Shown: piece by piece, positions 1 to 7,529 of the stretch
Numbering within the stretch: position 1 is the first letter of the stretch
Layout: every line of letters begins with the position of its first letter
NCBI GenBank assembly: GCA_031409315.1
Contig: JANNWX010000099.1
Coordinates: 3,254-67,253 of the forward strand
Origin: Sphingomonadales bacterium
Lineage (GTDB): Bacteria > Pseudomonadota > Alphaproteobacteria > Sphingomonadales > Sphingomonadaceae
Direction of reading: 5' to 3'
Length of the DNA: 64,000 bases
Translations under genes and position numbers: made by a program
The notes under the pieces: generated by a model
Database searches by the model: none
Told to the model about the DNA's origin: nothing
What the model saw: the letters and a program-made list of their open reading frames with translations, nothing else

Positions 1-850
1 TGTTGAAGCCGTCCGCCCGCGAATAGTCATTGCAAGTCGTCTGAAGCGTGTTCGCAACCTGATCGCAGCGGACCGCGCCTGTCAGGTCGCTTGCGGTTCC
101 GCCATCGCTGCAATCCCCTTCAGGATCGCGTCCAAGTGATCCGGCAACGCCTTGCCCCGTCGTTCGGCACGGTTCAGCAAGCCCGCGCAGGCTTTCGGGG
201 TCGAATAATACCGGGACGGCACGCCCGTCATTTCCAGAATGTCCGACAAGGAAGCAACGTCGCCGCCGCTGGGGGACAGCCCGGCCGAACCCGTCCACTC
301 GCACAAATTGAGCGTCAATAGTCCGCCAGGCTCCACGATACCCGCATTCCCGAAAGAGATTGAGGAACTCGGCGAAGTCTGCTGTTTCGTCCCATTCGGC
401 AATCGCTGCATTGTCCGGTTCACCGGACCAGCTTGAATAAACGCCGGGGACATTCTCCCAGACCAGCCAGCGGGCGCCAATTCGTTTAGCCAGCGCCATG
501 AACTCAATTGCGAGGTTGCCGCGCGGATCGTCCAGTCCCAGACGCTTTCCCGCGATGCTGAAGGATTGGCAGGGGGTTCCGCCGACAAGAAGGTCAACTG
601 CTCCGACATGGTGAGCCTCTATCTTGGTAAAATCCCCGAACAGGGGTGTGATATTGGAACCGGCGGTGTGCCGGTGTTCGAAGTCAACCGCGACCGCGCC
701 GTGGCGCTGTTCCAGCACCGCACGGGGGAAGGGTTCGATTTCGGCAAAGCCAGCCGGGGTCCAGCCCAGCGGGTGCCAAGCGACGGTCGCGGCTTCAATT
801 CCGCTGCAAACCGAAAGGTATCTCAAAGAGGATGGATTTTTATGCTGCAT
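1..850 (-). CDS. Phage DNA (cytosine-5)-methyltransferase, 3' end cut by the window edge
   Basis: Own translation of the minus frame from ATG 850-848: MQHKNPSSLRYLSVCSGIEAATVAW (motif I), GGTPCQSFSIAGKR (motif IV, PCQ), WENVPG (motif VI), QRRRRCFLVG (motif VIII). The frame stays open to position 2, so it is absent from the Met-to-stop ORF track. Track ORF 82..609 is a different frame of the same DNA. Confidence 0.85.
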   Translation of the reverse strand, partial: MQHKNPSSLRYLSVCSGIEAATVAWHPLGWTPAGFAEIEPFPRAVLEQRHGAVAVDFEHRHTAGSNITPLFGDFTKIEAHHVGAVDLLVGGTPCQSFSIAGKRLGLDDPRGNLAIEFMALAKRIGARWLVWENVPGVYSSWSGEPDNAAIAEWDETADFAEFLNLFRECGYRGAWRTIDAQFVRVDGFGRAVPQRRRRCFLVGHSGNDGRAVPVLFDPESLRGLAEPCRTTGQGVAGSLGRDPEGDCSDGGTASDLTGAVRCDQVANTLQTTCNDYSRADGFN

Positions 851-866
851 GGGTTAGACTTTCCCG

Positions 867-1385
867 ATGGGACGCAGCATTGACATTCAAGGTCAGCGAT
901 TTGGGCGCGCGGTTGCCCTTGGGATCGATGGTCGAAACAAACACGGCGAATTTAGATGGCGGTGCCGCTGCGATTGCGGGCGAGAATTTGTCACGCTGGG
1001 CTATCGACTTAGGAACAGCCACACGAAGTCTTGCGGCTGTCTCAAGCGTAACGCCCTTGGGGATCGAACGCGGACACACGGACGGGCTGGATCGGGCGAA
1101 TACGCTATGTGGATTGATGCCCGGAAGCGTGCGCGCCTGGCAGGTCTTCCGTTCCTGATCACTGTGGATGACATTGTTATTCCGACGACGTGTCCAGTTT
1201 TGGGCATTGCGCTTAAAAACGGCCAAGGACTTGGTAGCCCTCACACTCCAACGTTGGATCGGAAGCGTAATGATATTGGCTACATTGTCGGCAATATCGA
1301 AGTTGTTAGTTGGCGAGCAAACAAACTGAAGTCCGACGCCACGGTGGATGAAATTATAGCACTCGCACGCTGGATACAAGGCTAA
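867..1385 (+). CDS. HNH homing-endonuclease-like protein
   Basis: 172 aa. The C-terminal part TLDRKRNDIGYIVGNIEVVSWRANKLKSD matches the phage HNH pattern (SLDRID..GY..GN..V.S..AN..KS). The N-terminus has a Cys-rich CRCDCG...SCGC cluster. It lies antisense inside the 5' region of the methylase gene. Confidence 0.7.
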   Translation: MGRSIDIQGQRFGRAVALGIDGRNKHGEFRWRCRCDCGREFVTLGYRLRNSHTKSCGCLKRNALGDRTRTHGRAGSGEYAMWIDARKRARLAGLPFLITVDDIVIPTTCPVLGIALKNGQGLGSPHTPTLDRKRNDIGYIVGNIEVVSWRANKLKSDATVDEIIALARWIQG

Positions 1386-1386
1386 G

Positions 1387-1418
1387 TCAATGCCGGAACA
1401 GACGGACAGATACCGCAT
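1387..1418 (-). pseudogene. Displaced ancestral 5' end of the methyltransferase gene (ATG plus codons for MRYLSVCSGI)
   Basis: It encodes the same peptide as codons 10-18 of the intact gene at 796-824, but with 10/29 synonymous nucleotide differences. Its ATG overlaps the stop of the upstream 49-aa ORF as an ATGA junction. Confidence 0.7.
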
Positions 1419-1567
1419 CACCCGCCCCGCTTTCCGCGACGTCGTAAAGGCAATGTCTGTTGTGCCGGATCGGCATCGTCCAAAAACTTTTCAAACGCCG
1501 CCCGTTTCTTGCGCGGCATCACATGCGCTTCGGACTTCAGCCAGCGGATCAGGTCGCGGCGGATCAT
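1418..1567 (-). CDS. Hypothetical phage protein (49 aa, basic)
   Basis: Own translation MIRRDLIRWLKSEAHVMPRKKRAAFEKFLDDADPAQQTLPLRRRGKRGG. It has ATGA overlaps with both the upstream and downstream starts. It is below the ORF-track length cutoff. Confidence 0.45.
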   Translation of the reverse strand: MIRRDLIRWLKSEAHVMPRKKRAAFEKFLDDADPAQQTLPLRRRGKRGG

Positions 1568-1749
1568 GCTGGAACGTCACAATCTGGGCAAAAATGAACC
1601 CACTCGTCGGCGATCCGCCGGACCTTCCAGCCGTCTTCTTTGATGATAGCCAAGGCTTCGGCAAATTCCCGCCTTCCGGTTTCGACGCCTTCAGGGCAAG
1701 TGTCACAATGAACATTGATCGGCCCGCCGTAAAAATTTCGTTCGATCAT
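1564..1749 (-). CDS. Small phage zinc-finger protein
   Basis: 61 aa with CDTC...CPDC cysteine pairs. Both junctions are 4-nt overlaps. Confidence 0.55.
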   Translation of the reverse strand: MIERNFYGGPINVHCDTCPEGVETGRREFAEALAIIKEDGWKVRRIADEWVHFCPDCDVPA

Positions 1750-2321
1750 GAAGCTTCCTTTCGCTTTGCCTGGTTCATTCGCTGGGACTGGGGAAGTTTG
1801 CCGGTCCTTATGAAACGGACGTGATCACGGGCCATCATGTCTTCCACCATGCGGCGCGCTTCAGGCGCGCGGACATGCTTCGTATGGATAAGGTTAAAAT
1901 AATCCGTCCTATATTCCAGCGGACACCAGCCCAGAACGGTTTCGGTCCGCTTGCGCCCGGCCGCAATCCGTTCCGGCGATCCGGGACCGTGGCGGTTGTG
2001 ACCAAGGTTCAACAGCCCGCATTTACGTCCAGACGCGCGCATGGCTTCCAGCCTAGCCGGGTCTTGAAGTGATCGCCGTATGCCCGCGCCTATCCGTTCA
2101 TTGTGAAGGCCATGAAAGGCGGCGTCTTCGAAGCGGCGCTTCATCGCAACCCGGCACTTTTCCCTTTTGTCCGGACTTTGTGCAACGACACGCGCGCCGC
2201 ACGGTTTGCAGCGCGTGCCCAGCCGCCGGGGGTTCGGCTTCAGCGGCGTCCCGCAATCGGAACAGTTAAGAACGACGGCACGTCTGGGGGACGTGTCCAA
2301 AGGACAACACGCGGGCGTCAT
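1746..2321 (-). CDS. Hypothetical phage protein with N-terminal zinc ribbon
   Basis: CSDCG...CKPCG motif. The start is trimmed to the ATG at 2321, which overlaps the RusA-like stop as ATGA. Confidence 0.5.
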   Translation of the reverse strand: MTPACCPLDTSPRRAVVLNCSDCGTPLKPNPRRLGTRCKPCGARVVAQSPDKREKCRVAMKRRFEDAAFHGLHNERIGAGIRRSLQDPARLEAMRASGRKCGLLNLGHNRHGPGSPERIAAGRKRTETVLGWCPLEYRTDYFNLIHTKHVRAPEARRMVEDMMARDHVRFIRTGKLPQSQRMNQAKRKEAS

Positions 2322-2842
2322 ACCAGTTCGCAGTCCGGGGCGATCAGCGTCACGACAACGCACGAACGCGGTTCGTCATGAAGGACGTTCGTCGTCTGGA
2401 ACCGGCCGTCATCGCACTTCATGGCGTCGGCAATCCCGTCGCGCCCGGCTTTGAAGCTGCCGTAAACATTGTCGTCGTCGCGGCTGGTCCGGTCGGGCGG
2501 GAAGAAGTCCAGCCGAACGGCGATCTTGCCGTCTGTCCCGGCATAGGCGGGAACCTTCAGTCTGGCCTTCAGCGCCATAACCATGCACCAATAACGATAG
2601 GGCTTCGCGGCCCGCGCTTTCTTCGACCAATGGCCGCGCGCGTTCGGGGACAGCGCGGCGGGGGGAAAGGGCACTATCACGCGACCCAATATGTCGGGAC
2701 CAGACGGAAGGGACGCAATGTCGTCAATGGGCAACGGATCGGGACGCGGCTTGGCGTTGCTCCCTGATCGCTTTGGGGTTGACTTGAGGGCCGCGCAGCT
2801 CTTTCCGGCGCGTCCCCAGCCATTGAATATCAGTTTAGTCAT
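2318..2842 (-). CDS. RusA-like Holliday junction resolvase
   Basis: PPAALSPNARGHWSKKARAAKPYR and PPDRTSRDDDNVYGSFKAGRDGIADAM resemble the RusA pattern PPS.N..H...K..Y and D.DN..K...DAL. A GGAAGG-type RBS lies upstream of ATG 2842. Confidence 0.6.
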   Translation of the reverse strand: MTKLIFNGWGRAGKSCAALKSTPKRSGSNAKPRPDPLPIDDIASLPSGPDILGRVIVPFPPAALSPNARGHWSKKARAAKPYRYWCMVMALKARLKVPAYAGTDGKIAVRLDFFPPDRTSRDDDNVYGSFKAGRDGIADAMKCDDGRFQTTNVLHDEPRSCVVVTLIAPDCELV

Positions 2843-2988
2843 GCCGCCTTCCCCTTCCAAACATTCAAGGGCGGCCCGGCAAACGCCACGTTCTTTTTTC
2901 CGACGCTGGGCGTAATATAATACGCATTTCCTATTGACATGCCGCTAATAATGCGCAATATAGTGCGTATTGAAACGGAGTGGATTTG

Positions 2989-3171
2989 ATGGGTAGCAGC
3001 CGGAACCTTATAAAAGACCTTGAAAAAGCTGGTTGGTCGCTCGACCGTGTGTCGGGAAGTCATCACATTTTTGTGAAGGCTGGCCGCCCATCGCTTTCTG
3101 TCCCCCATCCCCGCGCCGATCTTGGCAAGGGCATTGAACATAGCTTGAGGAAGGCGGCGGCGCTGAAATAG
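2989..3171 (+). CDS. hicA: HicA-family mRNA interferase toxin
   Basis: SSRNLIKDLEKAGWSLDRVSGSHHIFVKAGRPSLSVPHPRADLGKG fits the HicA consensus (GW...R..GSHH.F.......T.PHP..DL). A GGAG lies 8 nt upstream of ATG 2989. Confidence 0.8.
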   Translation: MGSSRNLIKDLEKAGWSLDRVSGSHHIFVKAGRPSLSVPHPRADLGKGIEHSLRKAAALK

Positions 3172-3195
3172 CCCCGTCATTATAGGAGAATGACT

Positions 3196-3600
3196 ATGAC
3201 GATTTATATTGCAGACACCCTTTGGGAAGCCGACGGCATCAGTTTTCTTGTCGACGAACTTCCCGGCTTTGCCGCCCATTATCATGGCGATGATCTTGCC
3301 GTCGCCATCAAGGAAGCTGAAGCGGTCCTTCGCGATTGGATCGCGTCCAATGTTGACCGAGGAATTGATATTCCAGAACCCCGTAGCGCCAAGAAAGTCT
3401 ATGACGCCGCCGCGCACAAGGCGCCGCGACCAAGAGGATTGACACAAACGTCCTTGCGCGCGCGGTTCCCCGCCGGGCGAATTATGAAGGTCAATTTGAG
3501 TATTGAGGAACGGGCGCTGGCGATGATCGACGAAAAGGCGCGGAGCCGGGGCATCACCCGTTCGGCTTTCATGGTTGAAGCGTCGATGACGTTTGATTGA
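3196..3600 (+). CDS. hicB: HicB-family antitoxin with C-terminal ribbon-helix-helix
   Basis: The N-terminus is HicB-like (ELPGFAAHYHGDDLAVAIKEAEAVLRDWI...GIDIPEP). The C-terminus is RHH-like (KVNLSIEERALAMIDEKARSRGITRSAFMVEA). ATG 3196 is preferred over 3190 on RBS spacing. Confidence 0.8.
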   Translation: MTIYIADTLWEADGISFLVDELPGFAAHYHGDDLAVAIKEAEAVLRDWIASNVDRGIDIPEPRSAKKVYDAAAHKAPRPRGLTQTSLRARFPAGRIMKVNLSIEERALAMIDEKARSRGITRSAFMVEASMTFD

Positions 3601-3608
3601 AACAGCCT

Positions 3609-3824
3609 TCATTCGGGTTGCTCCGAATTCGGCCCGAACGGGGACAGCCAAGGGCTGGGCGGAAGCCCTATTTCTTCACCCATTTTGCGCGACGTCGCCA
3701 ATATCTTGAGGCGTTCGGCGCTATACCGGACACGCACGAACCGGCCGCGCGTGTCGCGCGGTTGCGGGCGCTGCCCACCGGCTGAAAACAGCCCCAGTTC
3801 ATGCGTGCGCGGCTCGTATGTCAT
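3609..3824 (-). CDS. Hypothetical phage protein
   Basis: The ATG at 3824 forms an ATGA overlap with the stop of the upstream gene. No recognisable motif. Confidence 0.4.
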   Translation of the reverse strand: MTYEPRTHELGLFSAGGQRPQPRDTRGRFVRVRYSAERLKILATSRKMGEEIGLPPSPWLSPFGPNSEQPE

Positions 3825-4474
3825 GCGGCGCGTTCCGGCGGCCAAGGCAGATCAGACAACAGCTTCAGGCATTGACGCGGTTCAGTCGGCGCGGGGGAAC
3901 CCTTTTTGGGCTTGGGCGCTGGCTTCAGGGCGTCGGGAATGTCCATCCCGTCCGATCCCAGCTCTTGCCACCATGCTTCGTCCCATGCGGCGCGGCGAAG
4001 GTCGCGGGCGGGGAACGGGTTCGACGTGACAGGCTTGCCGTCGCGCGCGGCGTTCATGCCAGCTTCGCGGGCGTCTTCGATTGTCGGTTCCGGTTCGGGC
4101 GGATCGGCGGGCGTGTCGTCGCCGTCCTGTTCAGGCGCTTCCGCTTCAGCGTCGCCGCCGTCGGGTGCGGGCTGTTCTTCCACGTCTTCCTTTTCCAGCC
4201 GTTCCAGCGCCCAGCGCCCCAAGGGCGTGCCGTCCAGCATCCCCAGCACGCCCTTGTAAAGATCAAGCATCGCTTCCAGTTCGCGGCGATCATCGGGCGT
4301 CAGTTTCCGAAGCGCGACGATCCGCTTCATGGTTTTCGTGCAAAAGCCCTTCGACTTATATTCGGAATAGACGTCCTTAATGTCGTCGCCGATTCCCTTC
4401 TTTTCTTCTTCCAGCCGTTCGATCCGTTCGATCCCCAGCCGCAAGTCTTCCGATGATATTGGCCCGTTCGCCAT
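3821..4474 (-). CDS. DUF2312/GapR-like DNA-binding domain protein with acidic linker and Rmf-like C-terminal motif
   Basis: [47 protein letters not shown] matches the DUF2312 (GapR) signature. AGGAGA RBS upstream. The C-terminus G.NAARDG....NPF.....RRAAWDEAW resembles the ribosome-modulation-factor-type motif. Confidence 0.7.
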   Translation of the reverse strand: MANGPISSEDLRLGIERIERLEEEKKGIGDDIKDVYSEYKSKGFCTKTMKRIVALRKLTPDDRRELEAMLDLYKGVLGMLDGTPLGRWALERLEKEDVEEQPAPDGGDAEAEAPEQDGDDTPADPPEPEPTIEDAREAGMNAARDGKPVTSNPFPARDLRRAAWDEAWWQELGSDGMDIPDALKPAPKPKKGSPAPTEPRQCLKLLSDLPWPPERAA

Positions 4475-4525
4475 TTCACTTTCTCCTGTTGGACCCGCCC
4501 CGCCGCACGGCATGAGCGGCTTTGA

Positions 4526-5059
4526 TCAGTTGGAATTTTTGAGCGGCATCGGGTCTTCACCGTTCAAAACGCGATGCAGGGCGGACCGCGCGTCATCATC
4601 GGAGAGGAAAAACAGCTTTGAATAGATCGGCCCCAGCAACACGTTTCCCGCGCACAATGTCGATCCCAGCTTCTTTTCCAGGGCGTAGCCGTCCGGTTTT
4701 AGATGGACCGCCCAGCCAGCAATGCAGTGCGACGTTCCGCAACCTTTGCTCTTATCGTGCCAGAAATTCATGTTCAGATTGCCCGGTTCCTTCAGCACCG
4801 CTTGCGCTATCGCGACCAGCCGCGCATTTGCGGTTTCGGGATCGGGAACCGGGGAACCCCCGATGCTGGTGAGCGCCGGAAGGTCGCACGTCGCGCCTGA
4901 TCTGACGTCGAGGAAACCCCCGATGCTGGTGAGCGCCGGAAGGTCGCACGTCGCGCCTTCGTTGACGTAGAGGGAACCCCCGATGCTGGTGACCGCCGTC
5001 GCATCGTCGCCCGTCACCAGAGTAAGATTACCAACTATCTTTCCTGTGTATGAATTCAC
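4526..5059 (-). CDS. Phage protein with LRR-like tandem repeats (GATCDLPALTSIGG)
   Basis: GTG start at 5059 preceded by GGGAGA. It contains 2.3 copies of a 20-aa repeat encoded by a 60-bp DNA tandem repeat. The C-terminal half has a Cys/His-containing domain of unknown function. Confidence 0.55.
   Translation of the reverse strand: MNSYTGKIVGNLTLVTGDDATAVTSIGGSLYVNEGATCDLPALTSIGGFLDVRSGATCDLPALTSIGGSPVPDPETANARLVAIAQAVLKEPGNLNMNFWHDKSKGCGTSHCIAGWAVHLKPDGYALEKKLGSTLCAGNVLLGPIYSKLFFLSDDDARSALHRVLNGEDPMPLKNSN
4853..4998. repeat. 60-bp tandem direct repeat, about 2.3 units, inside a CDS
   Basis: aacccccgatgctggtgagcgccggaaggtcgcacgtcgcgcc is identical in units 1 and 2, offset by exactly 60 bp. 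Unit 3 is partial. Confidence 0.9.
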
Positions 5060-5166
5060 TGATTGTCTCCCTATGGATCGCCCGCCAGCCGGACGCTGAA
5101 TTTGGGTCCATCGCGGGGAAATGACGCTGCCCAGCGCGCAAAGACGCAAAAGCGCCCGGTTGCTGT

Positions 5167-5607
5167 TCAGTGCGTCGAACCGTTCCCCGCGATGGATTGC
5201 AGAACTGGAAGAAGCGCGGCCGCCCGTTCGGAAAGTTTTGCTTTCTCGACGTGCGTCAGCTCGCCGTCTTCCAGAAATTCGTTGCCGTCGGCGACCAGCC
5301 GCGCGGATTGCGACAGCGCCCGGCGGACGGTCGCTTCGTCGTCCACGTCCAGCGGCGCGGTGCTAAAGCCCATGACACGCGCGCACCGGGCGAAGGCTTC
5401 AGGCGGAAGAACCGCGAAGACCCGCATGAAGACGTCCAGCGGCATTTCGGAACCGTCGGCTTCGACGTAGGACCGCAGCTTGCGTTCCTTGTCCCCGGTC
5501 GCGGCGGCAAGGTCCGCCCAGCTAATGCGACGCCCATGCCCGACGAACATGCGAAGCGTGTCCGCGATCAGCGTTTTGACAGCCGGGACGGAAAAAGCGG
5601 GCATCAT
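5167..5607 (-). CDS. Hypothetical phage early protein (possibly CII-like regulator)
   Basis: ATGA overlap with the upstream 58-aa ORF. It occupies the position downstream of cro. The functional guess is weak. Confidence 0.45.
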   Translation of the reverse strand: MMPAFSVPAVKTLIADTLRMFVGHGRRISWADLAAATGDKERKLRSYVEADGSEMPLDVFMRVFAVLPPEAFARCARVMGFSTAPLDVDDEATVRRALSQSARLVADGNEFLEDGELTHVEKAKLSERAAALLPVLQSIAGNGSTH

Positions 5608-5780
5608 TTCCATAGCGCGACCTTGGGCGTAAGCGCACGGTGCGAACATGAAACGGCCCAGAAAGACTTTGCGAACAGATCAAAGGCGCGGCGGGACTGG
5701 GGGACAATGCCCCGCCGCGCGTGCGACACGGAACGCGCTTGATCGGCGTTCGCAGGGAACGGAAGGACGACGCCCGTCAT
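5604..5780 (-). CDS. Hypothetical phage protein (58 aa)
   Basis: Both ends are ATGA overlaps: with the cro-like stop at 5777-5779 and with the next start at 5607. Confidence 0.4.
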   Translation of the reverse strand: MTGVVLPFPANADQARSVSHARRGIVPQSRRAFDLFAKSFWAVSCSHRALTPKVALWK

Positions 5781-6157
5781 GCCGCGATCCTTTGGGCATG
5801 GGGGCAATCGACGAAGGTGCAAGCGTTCGGGATTTCCCCGTCCACCCGCTGTTCGCAGACAGCGCAGACGATCACGCGATCCGGGGAATAGTCTTCCACC
5901 CGCATGTTCGGGCTGTTGGCGATTGCGGCGTCATCTTCCAGAGCGGACACGCAGGGCGGGTAAATATCTGGGCGCAACCTATGGCGCGAAACGCCCGTCG
6001 CGGCCGCGACCTTCAGCACATATTCGGCGGAGCAGCGTTTGGACTTGTTGATCCAGTGCCATACCGAAGGCTGCGACACACAGATTTCGCGGGCCAGGGC
6101 AGCTTGACCACCGGCCGCTGCCACCGCGTCATTCAAGGCTTGTTCCATGATGTCCAT
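5777..6157 (-). CDS. Cro/YdaS-like HTH regulator with C-terminal Cys-rich extension
   Basis: GGQAALAREICVSQPSVWHWINKSKRCSAEYVLKVAAATGVSRHRLRPDIY fits the YdaS/Cro-type HTH. It is divergent from the cI-like repressor. Confidence 0.7.
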   Translation of the reverse strand: MDIMEQALNDAVAAAGGQAALAREICVSQPSVWHWINKSKRCSAEYVLKVAAATGVSRHRLRPDIYPPCVSALEDDAAIANSPNMRVEDYSPDRVIVCAVCEQRVDGEIPNACTFVDCPHAQRIAA

Positions 6158-6167
6158 TATTGAGGAG

Positions 6168-6183
6168 TATAGACGTTTCTATA
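6168..6183. promoter_or_regulatory. Candidate repressor operator: perfect inverted repeat TATAGA-cgtt-TCTATA in the cI/cro intergenic region
   Basis: Seen directly in the sequence. Further ATAGA(C/G) half-sites lie at 6193-6198 and 6217-6222, and CTATAG hexamers at 7535-7540 and 7559-7564. Confidence 0.4.
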
Positions 6184-6233
6184 TTCCCGTCAATAGACAT
6201 TCCTTTGGAGACACCAATAGAGGTTTATATAAA

Positions 6234-6920
6234 ATGGGCATCATGAACATTGGTGAAAGAATTGCGGAACGATTAGAGGCGCTGGGCGGACGCCCGCAAG
6301 GCTTCAGCCAAGCATGGCTTGCGCGTGAAACCGGGCTTTCCCAACCGACGATCAATGGATTGATCAACCGGCCGACGCGCGGATCAAAGCATCTGCATTC
6401 CATTGCGCGCACACTTCAGACCACCGTTTCCTTCCTTGTCGGTGACACCGACGATCCTTTTGCCGACGTGGCCCCCGTGCCATCGCAGACCGATCTTGCC
6501 GATCAGTTGAACCTGGCACTGATACCCCATCTTGAACTTGGCTATTCGATGGGCGGCGGATCGGTCTTCGACGAGTATCACCATGTCGGGTTCCGCACCT
6601 TCGACCGCGAATGGCTGCGCTCGATCACGCGCGGCGCGTTCGAGACGCTTTTCGTGGCGCGGGGCGATGGCGACAGTATGCAACCTACGCTCATGGACGA
6701 AGACATGGTGCTAATCGACACGTCGCAAAAGGACATCCGCCAACAGGATCGCATCTGGGCGATCAGCTACGGCGATCTTGGAATGATCAAGCGCATTCGC
6801 CGCACCCCGAAGGGAACCTATTTGATTATGTCCGACAATCCGGTAGTCTTGCCGATTGAAGCGGTGGACGAAGAAATGCACGTCGTCGGGCGTGTGATAT
6901 GGATCGGTCGCAAGATTTAA
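6234..6920 (+). CDS. CI/LexA-like phage repressor (XRE HTH plus S24 peptidase domain)
   Basis: N-terminal HTH (FSQAWLARETGLSQPTINGLIN). C-terminal S24 autoprotease motifs (GDGDSMQPTL and GMIKRIRR). The start is trimmed to MGIMNIG. Confidence 0.85.
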   Translation: MGIMNIGERIAERLEALGGRPQGFSQAWLARETGLSQPTINGLINRPTRGSKHLHSIARTLQTTVSFLVGDTDDPFADVAPVPSQTDLADQLNLALIPHLELGYSMGGGSVFDEYHHVGFRTFDREWLRSITRGAFETLFVARGDGDSMQPTLMDEDMVLIDTSQKDIRQQDRIWAISYGDLGMIKRIRRTPKGTYLIMSDNPVVLPIEAVDEEMHVVGRVIWIGRKI

Positions 6921-6950
6921 CCTTGTGGGCGCCATACGGGGAATGTGAGC

Positions 6951-7529
6951 ATGAAAAACTGCTGGAAATGCGCCGAACAAATTCAAGAGGAGGCGGTCGC
7001 ATGCCGCTTCTGCCACGCCAATCAGTTGTCGCGAAGCGCGGGCGCGGCTGGGGCCGCGCACGGCACGCCTGAACGGGTTGAAGCGGCGCAACCCATCAAA
7101 ACAGGGTTTGCGCGGATGTTGGTCGCAGTCGCACTTTTATTGGCGGTTGGCTATGCGTGGCCGGGCGATAATAAGCCCGCCAGTCCCGAAAATTCCACAT
7201 GGCGGTCGGGCTTTGTGAGTGTCCCGGTAGCAGAGGTGATAGCAGCGTTTGATGACAACGAAGTTGCCGCAGAAAGCCGTTTTGGAGGCTCAACCCAGCA
7301 AGTAGCGGGCGTGGTGAGCGAAATTAACGCCGGGTTCGGCGACACATCAAATCTGGTTTTGACTGGTGACAGACGTAAGGATGGACGCTTGTTGATTGAT
7401 CTGATTGACGGTCAAAGAGACAGCGTCACCCGGATTAAAAAGGGCCAGACGATCATCGTTCAATGTAAAAAAATAACCGAATTTCTCGGACAACCGGTGG
7501 CAAGTGACTGCCTCGTTGCCGTGGAATAA
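6951..7529 (+). CDS. Zinc-ribbon / single-TM / OB-fold (tRNA_anti-like-type) membrane protein, lysogeny-module accessory gene
   Basis: N-terminal CWKC...CRFC, followed by the hydrophobic helix MLVAVALLLAVGYAW. The C-terminus resembles the tRNA_anti-like OB domain (AAFDDNEVAAESRFGG...VAGVVSEI...NLVLTG...IIVQCK). The 3' half is visibly AT-richer than its surroundings. Confidence 0.6.
   Translation: MKNCWKCAEQIQEEAVACRFCHANQLSRSAGAAGAAHGTPERVEAAQPIKTGFARMLVAVALLLAVGYAWPGDNKPASPENSTWRSGFVSVPVAEVIAAFDDNEVAAESRFGGSTQQVAGVVSEINAGFGDTSNLVLTGDRRKDGRLLIDLIDGQRDSVTRIKKGQTIIVQCKKITEFLGQPVASDCLVAVE

Noticed and set aside
82-609. Track ORF of 175 aa on the minus strand, whose C-terminal part looks methylase-associated
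   Set aside because: It is an alternative frame of the same DNA. The frame that starts at 850 carries all the C5-methyltransferase motifs (I, IV, VI, VIII) and stays open to the window edge, so it is the real gene. The 82..609 ORF is treated as a frame artefact.
840-1421. 193-aa minus-strand ORF
   Set aside because: Only its first ~11 codons (MRYLSVCSGI) are meaningful, as the displaced original methylase start. The rest is the antisense of the HNH endonuclease gene and has no recognisable features.
4853-4998. Regularly spaced direct repeats that could suggest a CRISPR array
   Set aside because: There are only 2.3 units, the repeats are contiguous with no unique spacers, and they lie in-frame inside a CDS encoding a protein repeat. 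No cas genes are nearby.
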